DNA of 63,745 nt, counting the filler, from Octopus bimaculoides (lineage: Eukaryota): the NCBI RefSeq assembly GCF_001194135.2. It is 5 parts of 5 records of this genome, joined end to end, with 100 filler letters (N's around TTAATTAATTAA, not from the genome) between each part and the next. Parts side by side here need not be neighbours in the genome. Positions count along the whole stretch, not along the records: positions 48,619 to 63,745 come from NC_068987.1; 4 more parts are not named here. One strand, 5' to 3'. The position numbers and the translations under genes were made by a program. A model generated the notes under the pieces. That model did not search any database. It was not told where the DNA came from and was given only the letters and a program-made list of their open reading frames with translations. Positions 63,424 through 63,745 of the stretch are shown one piece after another; position 1 is the first letter of the stretch; each line of letters opens with the position of its first letter.

Positions 63424-63745
63424 ATAAGACAGTGTAGGAGAGAGAATAGTGATGTTGTAGGAGAGAAATGTGTTCGCATGGATGATGGTACGCTTGCATT
63501 AAATGAGGATGCAAAGAAAGAGGTCTGGAGATGCCACTACGATAGATTGCTTAATAAAGAGAATGAATGGGAGAAAGAGAGCCTGCCTTATGTCGACCCA
63601 ATAGAGGGACCAGCTATCCGAGTTGATAGTACCAGGGTAGATAAAGCAATTAAGAGTATGAAGACCGGGAAAGCCCCCGGCCCATCAGGAATCACTGCAG
63701 AGATGCTCAAAATATCTGGCAGTGTTGGCTATAGCCTAGTCACCC
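63424..63745 (+). mobile_element. RTE LINE internal fragment (younger copy, runs off the window)
   Basis: Open frame RQCRRENSDVVGEKCVRMDDG...KTGKAPGPSGITAEMLKISGSVGYSLVT, homologous to about 58030-58350. Confidence 0.9.

Overview
Eukaryotic, AT-rich, microsatellite-saturated, gapped genomic DNA. The repeat landscape resembles an octopod cephalopod; that is inferred from recalled repeat families, not from a search. One protein-coding gene is well supported: a minus-strand multi-exon GH18 chitinase-family gene with six exons traced between 34078 and 20750, all with compatible GT-AG phases. Its catalytic DxxDxDxE motif reads DGLDICWI, so it is predicted to be a non-enzymatic chitinase-like lectin. 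Its first and last exons are not resolved. The rest is TE debris: three tRNA-derived SINE families, an RTE-type LINE (one near-complete decayed copy plus fragments), CR1-like and Tx1/L1-like LINE fragments, four Tc1/mariner remnants, Helentron/HINE-like elements and Penelope-like (PLE) remnants. The most interesting non-coding signal is a set of type I hammerhead-ribozyme folds (12421, 19906, 35955, 40258, 45731, 60415, 61911). One of them is the 3' part of a tRNA-headed, palindromically duplicated element. CpG content drops sharply right of about 48.6 kb, suggesting a methylated body of an unidentified gene. Several oddities are assembly artefacts: TTAATTAATTAA linkers and probable gap-fill chimeras, one inside a chitinase exon. 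Nearly all long ORFs in the supplied track are microsatellite or N-run artefacts.
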